From the NCBI GenBank assembly GCA_040882645.1, contig JBBEAX010000068.1, positions 3,230 through 67,229 of the forward strand: a stretch of DNA of 64,000 nucleotides, given 5' to 3'. The notes beneath the pieces are model-generated. The model was not told the origin of the DNA. It worked only from the letters and a program-made list of their open reading frames with translations, and did not search any database. This DNA is from Acidimicrobiia bacterium. Lineage in GTDB: Bacteria > Actinomycetota > Acidimicrobiia > Spongiisociales > UBA11373. A program made the translations under genes and the position numbers. Of the stretch, positions 29,598 through 38,689 are shown piece after piece; the first letter of the stretch is position 1, and every line of letters begins with the position of its first letter.

Positions 29598-29665
29598 CGC
29601 GTCTCACCTTCTTCTACACCGATGAAGAAACCACGGCTTGCGTCCGAAAGGCCCGACCCGCTCTT

Positions 29666-29696
29666 TCGAATTGCGTATCGCCAATCGCGAATCGCG
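29666..29696. repeat. Heptad array GAATTGC GTATCGC CAATCGC GAATCGC, ending 2 nt from the M23 peptidase stop codon
   Basis: Has a 7-nt period. The word family matches that at 12681-12701, 51392-51433 and 59532-59559. Confidence 0.85.
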
Positions 29697-29698
29697 TC

Positions 29699-30829
29699 CT
29701 AGAAGTCGCAGTCGATCAGCGCGGTCAGGCCGAGCAGCTCGGAGATTGCCGCCCTCGTCCCCTGACCGATGATTCCGTCGACAGGGAGGCCCCTCGCCTC
29801 CTGGAATGCCTGCACCGACGCGTGAGTGGTCGCGCCGAAGTATCCATCGGGCGGGCCTGGATCATGACCCACGACCGCCAGCAGCCCCTGAATCTCGGCC
29901 ACGTCCGCCCCCGAAGCGCCGTACCCAATGATGCGGCTGTCCGGGTTGAGAACCGACGCCTTGTCCGCCAGGTCGGTCAATTGAACGATCGCCGACCTGG
30001 TGGGCTTTTTGACCTTGCCGTTGACCTCCAGATCGTAAGCCTCCTGGAAGGCCTTCACCGTTCGCTTGGTGACGCGGCCGAAGATCCCGTCGATCGGTCC
30101 TGGCTGGAAGTCGAAGGTATCGAGAAACACCTGGAGGGCGCGCACCTGCTCACCAACACTCCCCTTCTTCAACCTGCCTTTGCCTTCCACCAACGCCGAC
30201 ACACCGCTCAGCTCCCGCACGGAGCACACCGACAGGCCCTGCGATCTGCGCAGCGCGTCGAACGGGTTGACGAGCACGCCTTCGGGGTCGTAGAGCTCGA
30301 AGTGGAGATGGGGAGCGGTGTTCTCGGCGTTACCCGAGTCTCCCACCCAGCCGATGACATCGCCGGCGTTGACCCTCGTTCCGGGGACGATGCCGGGGGC
30401 GATGCCCCACGCCTGGCCGTCGTCGGTGCCCGGAGTGTCGTTGTTGAGGTGGATGTACCAGCTCTGCCACCCGTCATCGTGGAGTATCACCAGGTTGCAG
30501 CAGCGGTGAGGGTTGAGGTTCGCCGGGTCCGTCGACCAGTTGACATAGGTCACCGTGCCGGTAGCAGCGGCGACGACCGGAACCATCTTCTCCGCCATGA
30601 TGTCCTGAGCGTGATGGAGGCCGTTGGCGCGGTAGGCCCAGAACCAATCTTGATACCAGTGATCGCCCTGAACGGGGAAGACGAGCGGGTAGTCGATCAG
30701 TTGGCCGTAGGAGTGAACCGTCCCGCTGGACGGCGCTTGGTGGTCGGCGGAGGCGACGGGGGCAACCGCAATGCCCGAGATCGCCATCGCTACCACGATC
30801 ATCAGCCGCAGAAATCCTCGCATTACCAT
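29699..30829 (-). CDS. Secreted M23-family metallopeptidase with two C-terminal peptidoglycan-binding domains
   Basis: Has a signal peptide (MVMRGFLRLMIVVAMAISGIAVAPVASA), the M23 motifs ..HHAQDI.. and ..GDSGNAENTAPHLHFELY.., and two copies of G.DG.FG..T..AV.AFQ. Confidence 0.85.
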   Translation of the reverse strand: MVMRGFLRLMIVVAMAISGIAVAPVASADHQAPSSGTVHSYGQLIDYPLVFPVQGDHWYQDWFWAYRANGLHHAQDIMAEKMVPVVAAATGTVTYVNWSTDPANLNPHRCCNLVILHDDGWQSWYIHLNNDTPGTDDGQAWGIAPGIVPGTRVNAGDVIGWVGDSGNAENTAPHLHFELYDPEGVLVNPFDALRRSQGLSVCSVRELSGVSALVEGKGRLKKGSVGEQVRALQVFLDTFDFQPGPIDGIFGRVTKRTVKAFQEAYDLEVNGKVKKPTRSAIVQLTDLADKASVLNPDSRIIGYGASGADVAEIQGLLAVVGHDPGPPDGYFGATTHASVQAFQEARGLPVDGIIGQGTRAAISELLGLTALIDCDF

Positions 30830-30950
30830 CTCCGATAGTGTTCGTACCGACCACCTAAAGTGGTGGCGTCACTGATCGGATCGGCGCGAAAGTCGCGAAA
30901 CCTGAGAGAAGTTCCGCGGAATCAGGAAGAAATCGACGGATGCCCCTGCG

Positions 30951-31937
30951 CTATCCGGAACGTAGGGATCGCAAGGTATCCCGGAGGAGACCCGGACCGG
31001 CGTACACCAGTCCGGTATACATCTGGACCAGGGTCGCTCCGGACTCGAGGCGTTGCCGAACGTCCTCGGTGGTCATCACTCCCCCCGATGCCACGATCGG
31101 CAGCCGGCTGGCGGCCACCGCGCGGCGGAGACGTTCGAGTGCCAGTGGCCCCAGCGGGGCACCGCTCAGCCCGCCCGGCGGCGCATCGGCGATCCCCGGC
31201 CGGGTGGTGGTGGTGTTCCCGACGATGAAGCCGTCGACCCCGGCGGATTCGGCGGCACGAATCGACTCCTCGAGATCAGCCGAATCGGGAGACAGCTTCA
31301 CCAGGAGCGGCAGGGGTCGCCCGAGCCGTTCTGCCCATTTAGCGCGGCGCCCGATGATCGGGCCGAGAAGCGCAGCCAACTCGCGTTCGAGGTCGCGAAG
31401 ACCGGCGGTGTTGGGCGACGACACGTTCACCGCCAGATAGTCGGCAAGCGGTGCGAACCGATCGACCAGCGTCAGATAGTCGGCAACTCGGTGATCCGCC
31501 GGGGTATCGGCGTTGGGCCCGATCGACACCCCGAGCACCACCCCACCGGGATGCTTCCTGCCGGCGAGCCGGGCAGCCACTCGGTCTGCCCCGGCACCGG
31601 GGAAGCCCATACGATTGACCAGAGCGTTCTCGTCTTTCAGCCGATGGACCCGCGGCCGGGGGTTTCCCGGCTGCGGCCGAGGCGTCACGGTTCCGATCTC
31701 GACATGCCCGAATCCGAGCGACGCCAGGGCCTGCCAGGCCGAACCGTCCTTGTCGTATCCGGCGGCGAGTCCGAGAGGGTTGCGGAAGCGCAGGCCGAAT
31801 GCCTCCACCGGTTCCACCTCGAACCGGCTGCGCCGCCGCGGCACCCAGCGGGCCAGACGAACCCCGCGAAGAGCCAGCCGATGTGCCCGCTCGGGGTCCA
31901 GCCGGAAACCGAGAGCGCGCAGTGCCCGGTACATCAC
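30951..31937 (-). CDS. pyrD: Dihydroorotate dehydrogenase (class 2, quinone-dependent type)
   Basis: ..FRNPLGLAAGYDKDG....GFGHVEIGTVTPRPQPGNPRPR..NRMGF....LVKLSPD.. Confidence 0.92.
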   Translation of the reverse strand: MMYRALRALGFRLDPERAHRLALRGVRLARWVPRRRSRFEVEPVEAFGLRFRNPLGLAAGYDKDGSAWQALASLGFGHVEIGTVTPRPQPGNPRPRVHRLKDENALVNRMGFPGAGADRVAARLAGRKHPGGVVLGVSIGPNADTPADHRVADYLTLVDRFAPLADYLAVNVSSPNTAGLRDLERELAALLGPIIGRRAKWAERLGRPLPLLVKLSPDSADLEESIRAAESAGVDGFIVGNTTTTRPGIADAPPGGLSGAPLGPLALERLRRAVAASRLPIVASGGVMTTEDVRQRLESGATLVQMYTGLVYAGPGLLRDTLRSLRSG

Positions 31938-33304
31938 CGTCCGGCGAGAAACGAAGCGACCGCCCGCCGCTCGTCTTCGCCGATCGCCCCGGCCTCCCCC
32001 AGTTCGTCGACGAGGGTCTCCAGGTTGGTGATGGCGTGCATCTTGATCCCTTCGCCGGCGAGGGCCGCCCGCGCCCCGCTGTCCCGCTCGATCAGCACCA
32101 CCAGGTCCTCGACCACCAGCCCGGCGTCACGCAGCAGACCGGCCGCTTCGATCGCGCTGATCCCGCTGGTGACCACATCGTCGACCAGCACCACCCGATC
32201 CCCCGCTCGCCATTCGCCCTCTACCCGGGCACCGGTGCCGTGCTCTTTGGACTCCCGCCGCGGCCATACGAGCGACTTCGACCGTTCGAGGGCAACCGCC
32301 GTCGCCAGGGGCAGTGCCCCGTAGGGAACCGCGCCGACGTGGTCGTATGTGAGCATCTCGAGAACCGAGCCGTACGAGGCAGCGACCCGACGAAGGAGGC
32401 CGGGCCGACCGGACACTCGCCGAAGATCCACATAGATGGGAGAGACCACCCCCGACCGGAGAGTGAACTCGCCGAAACGCACACATCCAGAGGCGTGGAG
32501 ATCGGAGGCGAGGCCGCGAGGCCGGGGGGCCGCCTCACGGGGTCGGACTCCGCGAAACGAATCCCGCAGGTCCGCGGCCATGGCGCCCGGGTCCGGCGAA
32601 TCTCCGACGAGGCGCGAGGAAGGGATCAGCACCCCGCGGCCATCGGACCGCAATGCCACCCCGATCGCCTCAGGATCGGCTCCCTGCGGGCCGACCCCCG
32701 GTACCAGGATCCAGTGCTCGGGCATCATCGCCCGCACCTTGGCCATGGCGCCCGGAAAGGTTGCTCCCACGACGACTCCGAGCCGATCGGATTGCGCCCA
32801 CCCGGCGGCCAGCCGAGCCACACGCTCGTAGATCACCTCGCCGGTGTCGAGAGTGGCGTCCTGGAGATCGGCACTGCTCGGGTTCGACGTGCGGCACAGC
32901 AACCAGACCCCCCGGCCAGGATGGGCCAGAAACGGGTCCACGGCGTCGCGCCCCAGGTAGGGGCTCAGTGTCACGGATCCTGCCCCAACGACGCCAAAGC
33001 ATGCCTCGGCGTAGGCCGCCGCCGTCGATGCAATGTCCCCGCGTTTGGCGTCGAGAATCGTTGGAATCTCGTCGGGGACCGACGCCACCACTTCGATCAA
33101 TGCCTCGATACCGGCGGCCCCATGGGCTTCGAAGAACGCTGAGTTGAACTTGAACGCCGCGGCGGCATGGGCGGTGGCCGCGATCAAGTCGAGGGACACT
33201 CGGCGCGCCTCGACAGCATCCTTGGCCCGCGGGTCGATCCCGACGCACAGCAAGGAGTCGACCGCACGCGACCGCTCGTCCAGGGCCTCGAAGAACGTCT
33301 TCAC
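31934..33304 (-). CDS. pyrFE: Fusion protein: OMP decarboxylase (PyrF, type 2; N-terminal ~260 aa) + orotate phosphoribosyltransferase (PyrE; C-terminal ~190 aa)
   Basis: The N-terminal part has ..LCVGIDP.., ..[13 protein letters not shown].. and ..VPGVGPQG.. (PyrF). The C-terminal part has ..[21 protein letters not shown].. and the PRPP loop ..[13 protein letters not shown].. (PyrE). It is a single 456-aa frame. Confidence 0.9.
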   Translation of the reverse strand: MKTFFEALDERSRAVDSLLCVGIDPRAKDAVEARRVSLDLIAATAHAAAAFKFNSAFFEAHGAAGIEALIEVVASVPDEIPTILDAKRGDIASTAAAYAEACFGVVGAGSVTLSPYLGRDAVDPFLAHPGRGVWLLCRTSNPSSADLQDATLDTGEVIYERVARLAAGWAQSDRLGVVVGATFPGAMAKVRAMMPEHWILVPGVGPQGADPEAIGVALRSDGRGVLIPSSRLVGDSPDPGAMAADLRDSFRGVRPREAAPRPRGLASDLHASGCVRFGEFTLRSGVVSPIYVDLRRVSGRPGLLRRVAASYGSVLEMLTYDHVGAVPYGALPLATAVALERSKSLVWPRRESKEHGTGARVEGEWRAGDRVVLVDDVVTSGISAIEAAGLLRDAGLVVEDLVVLIERDSGARAALAGEGIKMHAITNLETLVDELGEAGAIGEDERRAVASFLAGR

Positions 33305-34275
33305 GCCTTGCCCAGCACCATCGCCAGCAGCGCCATCCGCACATACATGCCGTACTCCATCTGTCGGAAATAGGCCGCCCGGGGATCGGCGTCGACCTCC
33401 ATCGCGATCTCGTTGACCCTGGGGAGGGGATGCATCACGATCATCCGCTCCTTTGCGGCTTCCAGTGTGGCGGGTGTCACGACGAACTCGTCCTTCACGG
33501 CGTCATAGGCGGCAGGTTCTTCGAAGCGCTCCTTCTGTACCCGGGTGACGTAGAGCACGTCGGTCGCAGGCAACACCGGGTCCAGCGAGCCGTGAACCGC
33601 GAATGGGGTCTTCGCCTTTTTCAACTCCTCGAGTATCTCCGCGGGCATCTGGAGGATCCCCGGCGAGACCAAATTGAGGGTCACCTCGAATTTGGAGAGC
33701 AGGCGCGACAACGAGTGCACCGTGCGCCCGTACTTGAGGTCGCCGACCATGGTCACCGTGAGCCCGTCGACCTCCCCCAGCTCTTCCCGGATCGTGAAGA
33801 GGTCGAGGAGGGCCTGGGTGGGGTGCTCCCCCACACCGTCACCGGCGTTGATGATCGGCTTCGCGGCGTACTCGGCGGCGAGGGCGGAGGCCCCGACATC
33901 GGGATGCCGGAGCACGATCACATCGGCGTACCGCTCCAGAGTGCGGACGGTGTCGGGCAGCGACTCGCCTTTCGACACCGACGAGTACGTCACCTCGTTG
34001 ATGGAGATCACGCTTCCACCGAGGCGCTCCATCGCTGCCGCGAACGAGGACGAAGTCCTGGTCGACGGCTCGTAGAACAGGTTGGCGAGAAGCTTGCCCT
34101 TGAGCAGGTCGAAAGTGCCGACGCGGGCGACCATCGCCTGCATCTCGTGCGCCACCTCGAAGATGTAGTCGAGGTCGTTCTTGTCGAACTGCCGTACCGA
34201 CACGATGTCACGCCCGTAGAACGGTGCGTCCCGCCTGTCCCCAAAGGGAAGGTGGCTGCGCGCTTCTCGATCCAT
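33301..34275 (-). CDS. pyrB: Aspartate carbamoyltransferase catalytic subunit
   Basis: ..[12 protein letters not shown].., ..VLRHP.., ..HPTQALLD.. and ..MHPLPR.. motifs. Confidence 0.95.
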   Translation of the reverse strand: MDREARSHLPFGDRRDAPFYGRDIVSVRQFDKNDLDYIFEVAHEMQAMVARVGTFDLLKGKLLANLFYEPSTRTSSSFAAAMERLGGSVISINEVTYSSVSKGESLPDTVRTLERYADVIVLRHPDVGASALAAEYAAKPIINAGDGVGEHPTQALLDLFTIREELGEVDGLTVTMVGDLKYGRTVHSLSRLLSKFEVTLNLVSPGILQMPAEILEELKKAKTPFAVHGSLDPVLPATDVLYVTRVQKERFEEPAAYDAVKDEFVVTPATLEAAKERMIVMHPLPRVNEIAMEVDADPRAAYFRQMEYGMYVRMALLAMVLGKA

Positions 34276-35339
34276 CAGCTCTCCTTTGTGCGTACGTCCC
34301 GACCGAACCCCGGATCGGCGTTAACCTCGCCGTCCCGGAACACCTCCACCCCCCGCAGGGTCACTCCCACGACCCGGCCCCGCATCGCCCGCCCGTCGAA
34401 GGGCGTCCACCCCGCCCGGGTGTGTTGCTGCGACCCGATGACGGTCCAGGTCTCATCGGGGTCGACCTCCACCATCGCCTCCTGCGGCGGGAGCCCGAAG
34501 ATTCGACGGGGATTGTCGTGGAGCCGGGCGGTCACCTGATCGATGGTTAGCCGGCCATCGTCGACGGCACCCAAGAGGAGGGGAAGGACCGTCTCGATCC
34601 CGGGGAACCCCGGCGGGGGGGCTTCCCCGGACTTCTCCGCGATGGTGTGGGGGGCGTGATCGGTGGCAAAGCAGTCGATGTCGTCGAGATGCTGCCACAG
34701 CGCCTCGCGGTCGGCCGGCGAAGCCAGCGGCGGGCGCACCTCGGCGAGGGAGCCGAGATCCGCGGCGCTGGCCGCATCGAGGAAGAGGTGGTGGGGGGTC
34801 ACCTCGCAGGTGACTGCGAGCCCGCGCTCCCGGGCCCGCAGCACCATCACCATCTCCTGTTCGGTGGCGAGATGGCAGACGTGCACCGGGCGCTCGAGCA
34901 GGGTGGCGATGAGAAGCAGCGCCCCGAGGGTCGACCCTTCCGCATGGACCGCCACCGGGCGATCCATCGGCCAGGTCTCCAGGTGCCTCGACCACGATTC
35001 GGGATCGGGCAGGCGGAGTTCGCCGAAGGTGGAGTCGAGGTACATCTTCAGCCCGGCGGCGCCGGGGGCGAGCGCCGCCGCGTCGGCAAAGTTCGTCTCG
35101 GTGGCCCCGACGAAGAGGCCGTAGTCGCAGCGCGCCCGGGCCTGAGCCGCCTGCTGCGCCTCGTCGAACGAGGCTCGATCGACCACCGGAGGCTTGGTGT
35201 TCGGCATGGCCAGCACCGTGGTGAAACCCCCCGCCAGCGCTGCAGCCGTGCCCGACGCCCAGTCCTCCTTGTGGGTCTGACCAGGGTCGCGCATGTGCGT
35301 ATGGACATCGACCAGGCCGGGGAGCCGGATGGTGGTCAT
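34275..35339 (-). CDS. pyrC: Dihydroorotase
   Basis: The start [20 protein letters not shown].. (ATG 35337-35339) is preceded by GGAGGAG. It has the amidohydrolase HxH motif. The ORF-track start at 35408 lacks an RBS. Confidence 0.9.
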   Translation of the reverse strand: MTTIRLPGLVDVHTHMRDPGQTHKEDWASGTAAALAGGFTTVLAMPNTKPPVVDRASFDEAQQAAQARARCDYGLFVGATETNFADAAALAPGAAGLKMYLDSTFGELRLPDPESWSRHLETWPMDRPVAVHAEGSTLGALLLIATLLERPVHVCHLATEQEMVMVLRARERGLAVTCEVTPHHLFLDAASAADLGSLAEVRPPLASPADREALWQHLDDIDCFATDHAPHTIAEKSGEAPPPGFPGIETVLPLLLGAVDDGRLTIDQVTARLHDNPRRIFGLPPQEAMVEVDPDETWTVIGSQQHTRAGWTPFDGRAMRGRVVGVTLRGVEVFRDGEVNADPGFGRDVRTKES

Positions 35340-35698
35340 CGCTCCTCCCCCAAGAAAAGGACCCCCACGAGGGGGGCCGGGAGGACCGGATTGGAAACAG
35401 GACGGCACTCAGGCAAGGCGACCTCGTCCCTGTCCGCTCATTCCGCTCCCGGTCCGGCGCGAGGAGTCTATGGGATCGAGGCCGTCGCGCCAAGAAGGCG
35501 AGTACTCAACGCATCCGGCGAACACGCGGACCCGTCTGGGTGGCTCGAGAGCAGATCCGACGAGTGGCGAGCACAGATCCGATTCGGAGTGTCGGACCTC
35601 CCCGGTCCCTACCGCCAGACGTTCGACAACACTGGGCCATGTCATCCAGATCGCCGAGTTGTTTCTACCGGCGCCGTCCAAATCATCTCACGACGCGC

Positions 35699-35728
35699 CC
35701 CGGCCGAGCCCTGAGGGGCTCGGCCGGG
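35699..35728 (-). terminator. Strong hairpin (12-13 bp GC stem) about 120 nt downstream of the 35849-36649 gene
   Basis: CCCGGCCGAGCC(C) TGAG (G)GGCTCGGCCGGG. It is followed on the - strand by a moderately T-rich stretch (..GTGAGATGATTTGG). Confidence 0.45.
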
Positions 35729-35848
35729 ATGCGCTCTCGATCTCAATGGAGGGGTCAGGCGCCCACCAGCGCCGCCACGGTTCCCCGACCCGTGGCGCTG
35801 TCGGCGCGGTCTCACCAGCTGCTTCAGGTCGTCGTGGATGGTTGCTGA

Positions 35849-36649
35849 CTAGACGCGACTGTCCTTTCCTGTCTTCAAGGCCCGGATGCACTGGCCCTGG
35901 TTCTTGAACCCAGCATCCTCCCAGTTGCCCTTCTTGCACTGCTCCTTCGAGGTGATCTCTTCGAATCCGGCGTGCCAGTGCGCGGTGTAGTCACGGTCTC
36001 CATCGTTGTAGTGGTTCAAGAACACCTCGCCGATAGCGTCACTCCCGGCAAAGGACGAGCCTGCAAACTGGCCGTTGATGGCATAGTTGACGGTGTCGTT
36101 GTCAGGGTCGAGAGAAATACTGAGGGTATTCCAATCGCCGTAGTTCACGTCGACACCGCTGTAGACGTAACCGCCAGCCCCCACAGTGTTCCAGATGTAG
36201 AACCCAGCGTCGACCGTTGCCGAGTTGCGGAAGACGATGAGAGGATAGGCGGTGATGGGGTCGTCGCTCGTCCAGAATCCCACATTCAGCGGACTGGTTG
36301 CAGCGGTCTCCCATTCAGCCGGAACATAGAGGTCAACCTGAACGGCCAGACCGAAGTCTGCGACCTTCTTGATGCCCTCGAAGTAGTAGAACGACCCCGC
36401 CGTCGAGCGATCGGCACCGACGACACCAATCGCGGCGACGTCGTCCCGCCCGTGGGCGGAGACCGAGTTGACTTCCCCACTCGGGAACTGCCGATCAGTA
36501 ATCCAGTTGTTGTCCAGCTCGGTCTGGGTGAACGGGTCCAACAGGGTCCCCGGAGCCCCAGGCACCGCGGCCAACGAGGCGCTCGCCATCGCCAGCACCA
36601 TGACCACGACCACCAACGACGAACTCCGTCGCATACGAATCCAAGACAT
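35849..36649 (-). CDS. Secreted protein of unknown function
   Basis: I chose the start MSWIRMRRSSSLVVVVMVLAMASASLAA (signal peptide). The body is Asn/Gly/Tyr/Trp-rich and beta-type, with a C-terminal Cys pair (..KEQCKKGNW..GQCIRAL..). Local GC looks slightly lower than in flanking genes. Confidence 0.7.
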   Translation of the reverse strand: MSWIRMRRSSSLVVVVMVLAMASASLAAVPGAPGTLLDPFTQTELDNNWITDRQFPSGEVNSVSAHGRDDVAAIGVVGADRSTAGSFYYFEGIKKVADFGLAVQVDLYVPAEWETAATSPLNVGFWTSDDPITAYPLIVFRNSATVDAGFYIWNTVGAGGYVYSGVDVNYGDWNTLSISLDPDNDTVNYAINGQFAGSSFAGSDAIGEVFLNHYNDGDRDYTAHWHAGFEEITSKEQCKKGNWEDAGFKNQGQCIRALKTGKDSRV

Positions 36650-36766
36650 TTCTATTCCCCTATTTCTGACCCTCGCCAGTGGAGGGCATCCGCTTCCGCT
36701 GCTCCGTAACACCTCATGCTCTGTGGTCCCCTCGTCACAAAGCGCCGCTGCCTATTTTACGACAGG

Positions 36767-36779
36767 CTACGAATCGTAG
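36767..36779. promoter_or_regulatory. Perfect 13-nt palindrome CTACGAaTCGTAG in a divergent promoter region (candidate operator)
   Basis: Read directly from the sequence. It lies between the secreted-protein gene start (36649) and the abfD-like start (36981). No cognate regulator gene is adjacent. Confidence 0.25.
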
Positions 36780-36980
36780 TCGGTAGAAACACGCCGAGTA
36801 GCGAAAAGGGGGTGTTTTATCCCCAGACGCTTCGGAAATGAGCGGGTGTAGCGGTGGTGGTGACGTTGACAGGGGTCGTGCCAGAAAGGCCGATCAACCA
36901 CTCGGCTTCGCAGCGGTCCGAAAACGTTCATACGCCTTGGTGAGCAAGAGTCGCGCCAGGACCCGGGGTACCCTTCGTCT

Positions 36981-38435
36981 ATGCCCTGGAAGTCCGGTGA
37001 CCCGATTCACGACGGCGACGACTACCTTGAGAGCCTGCGCGGCCGCGACCTGACGGTGTACCTGTTCGGCAAGCGAATCGCCGAGCCAGTGGACCACCCG
37101 ATGATCCGGCCCTCCATCAACGCCATCGCCGCCACCTACGACCTCGCGGTCGACGATCCGGAACTCGCCGCGGCGGACTCCGCCCTCACCGGAGGCACCG
37201 TCAACCGGTTCCTCCACATCACCGGTAGCGCCGACGACGTGGTGGCGCAGAACAGGATGCAGCGGGAGCTGGGCCGGAAGACCGGCACCTGCTTCCAACG
37301 CTGCGTCGGCATGGACGCGGTCAATTCGCTGTTCTCGCTGACCTTCGACATCGACCGAACCCACGGGACCGACTACCACCAGCGGTTCACCACCTGGCTG
37401 ACCGAAATGCAGAGGCTGAACGTGGTGATCGGCGGAGCGATGACCGACGTCAAGGGAGATCGCAGCAAGGGACCCGGCGGGCAGGTCGACCCCGACCTCT
37501 ACGTGCACGTGGCGGAGCGGCGCGGCGACGGCGTAGTGATCCGGGGGGCGAAAGCCCATCAGACCGGGGCTATCAACTCACACTGGATGCTGGTTATGCC
37601 CACCGCCCGGCTCGCCCCCGAGGACCGCGACTACGCCATCGTGGCTGCGCTCCCAGTGGAGGCGCCCGGCATCACCTACGTGTACGGGCGCCAGTCGAGT
37701 GATACCCGGAGCATGGAGGGCGACATCGACGTCGGCAACGCCCAGTTCGCAGGGCAGGAGTGCCTAGTGGTGTTCGACGACGTGTTCGTGCCGGCGAAGC
37801 ACGTGTTCATGGACGGCGAGACAGAGTTCGCCGCGGACCTGGTGGACCGGTTCACTTCCTACCACCGCCGGTCCTATGTCTGTAAGTCCGGGGTGGGCGA
37901 TGTACTCATCGGGGCCGCGGCGCTGATCGCCGACTACAACGGCGTGCCCACGGCTTCGCACATTCGCGACAAGCTGGTCGAGATGTCCCACCTCAACGAG
38001 ACGATCTACGGGTTGGGGATGGCGGCGTCGCACGAGTCGATAGAGCGGCCCGCCGGCAATTGGGAGCCCGAGCCGCTACTCGCCAACTCGTGCAAACTCA
38101 ACGTCACCCGCTATCCCTACGAGATCGGCCGCCTCGCCCAGGATCTCGCCGGCGGCGCGGTGGCAACCCTCCCCTCCGAGCAGGATTTCGACCATCCGGA
38201 AGTAGGCCCCCTGCTCGAGAAGTACTTCCAGGGCAGGCCGGGCGTTCCCACCGCCGACCGGGTGCGAGTGTTTCGGCTTATCGAGAACATGACGATGGGC
38301 CGCAACGCGGTGGGCTACCTGACCGAGTCCCTGCACGGGGCGGGCTCCCCGCAGGCGCAGCGGATCGTGATCGAGCGCGGCTCCGACATCGAGGGCAAGA
38401 AACGGCTCGCCGAGAAACTGGCGGGAATCGAGTGA
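36981..38435 (+). CDS. abfD: 4-hydroxybutyryl-CoA dehydratase/vinylacetyl-CoA isomerase-like enzyme (HpaB/AbfD superfamily)
   Basis: A 484-aa product. It has the CxxxC pair (..GTCFQRCVGMD..) and a downstream ..YHRRSYVCKSG.. His/Cys pair like the AbfD [4Fe-4S] ligands. These are absent from the HpaB monooxygenases of the same fold. Confidence 0.7.
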   Translation: MPWKSGDPIHDGDDYLESLRGRDLTVYLFGKRIAEPVDHPMIRPSINAIAATYDLAVDDPELAAADSALTGGTVNRFLHITGSADDVVAQNRMQRELGRKTGTCFQRCVGMDAVNSLFSLTFDIDRTHGTDYHQRFTTWLTEMQRLNVVIGGAMTDVKGDRSKGPGGQVDPDLYVHVAERRGDGVVIRGAKAHQTGAINSHWMLVMPTARLAPEDRDYAIVAALPVEAPGITYVYGRQSSDTRSMEGDIDVGNAQFAGQECLVVFDDVFVPAKHVFMDGETEFAADLVDRFTSYHRRSYVCKSGVGDVLIGAAALIADYNGVPTASHIRDKLVEMSHLNETIYGLGMAASHESIERPAGNWEPEPLLANSCKLNVTRYPYEIGRLAQDLAGGAVATLPSEQDFDHPEVGPLLEKYFQGRPGVPTADRVRVFRLIENMTMGRNAVGYLTESLHGAGSPQAQRIVIERGSDIEGKKRLAEKLAGIE

Positions 38436-38689
38436 CGGCGGGGGGCCGCCTGCCGTGCTCCGGACTTGCCGAAGCCGCCGCTCAGTGTTCTAGCGGTGAA
38501 ACGATCTCGCGCGTCCTCCGGACGGCTTTTCGGCCATGAGCTGAGACTGATCACGCCGGGGAGCGTCACCATCAGCCCGGGATCATTGGACAACTGCTCC
38601 GCGTCAACGCCCGCGGCGCGCAGTTGGTCGAGAGTCATTTCATTCAGGACACCCTTGGCGTCGGTATGAGCGGGTTGACGTCCCGAGGG

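Noticed and set aside
29198-30838. 546-aa + strand ORF
   Set aside because: Antisense to the M23 peptidase gene and extending over non-coding DNA. An artefact.
30830-30950. Possible cyclic-di-AMP (ydaO-type) riboswitch upstream of the M23 cell-wall hydrolase
   Set aside because: Only a vague CCGATCCGAT resemblance. The conserved ACGGGG/CCGA..CAGCUAACC blocks are absent, and the region is shorter than the motif.
35409-35848. ORFs of 90-102 aa in the pyrC leader region
   Set aside because: Poor codon bias, no start context and no motifs. The region is treated as non-coding leader plus a terminator hairpin.
38315-38638. 107-aa - strand ORF (MTLDQLRAAGVDAEQL...) in the abfD/RTX convergent gap
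   Set aside because: It overlaps the abfD 3' end by about 120 nt. The second half is Ser/Arg/Pro-rich noise, and there is no RBS or recognisable family. At most the first ~60 codons could be real, and I cannot support that.
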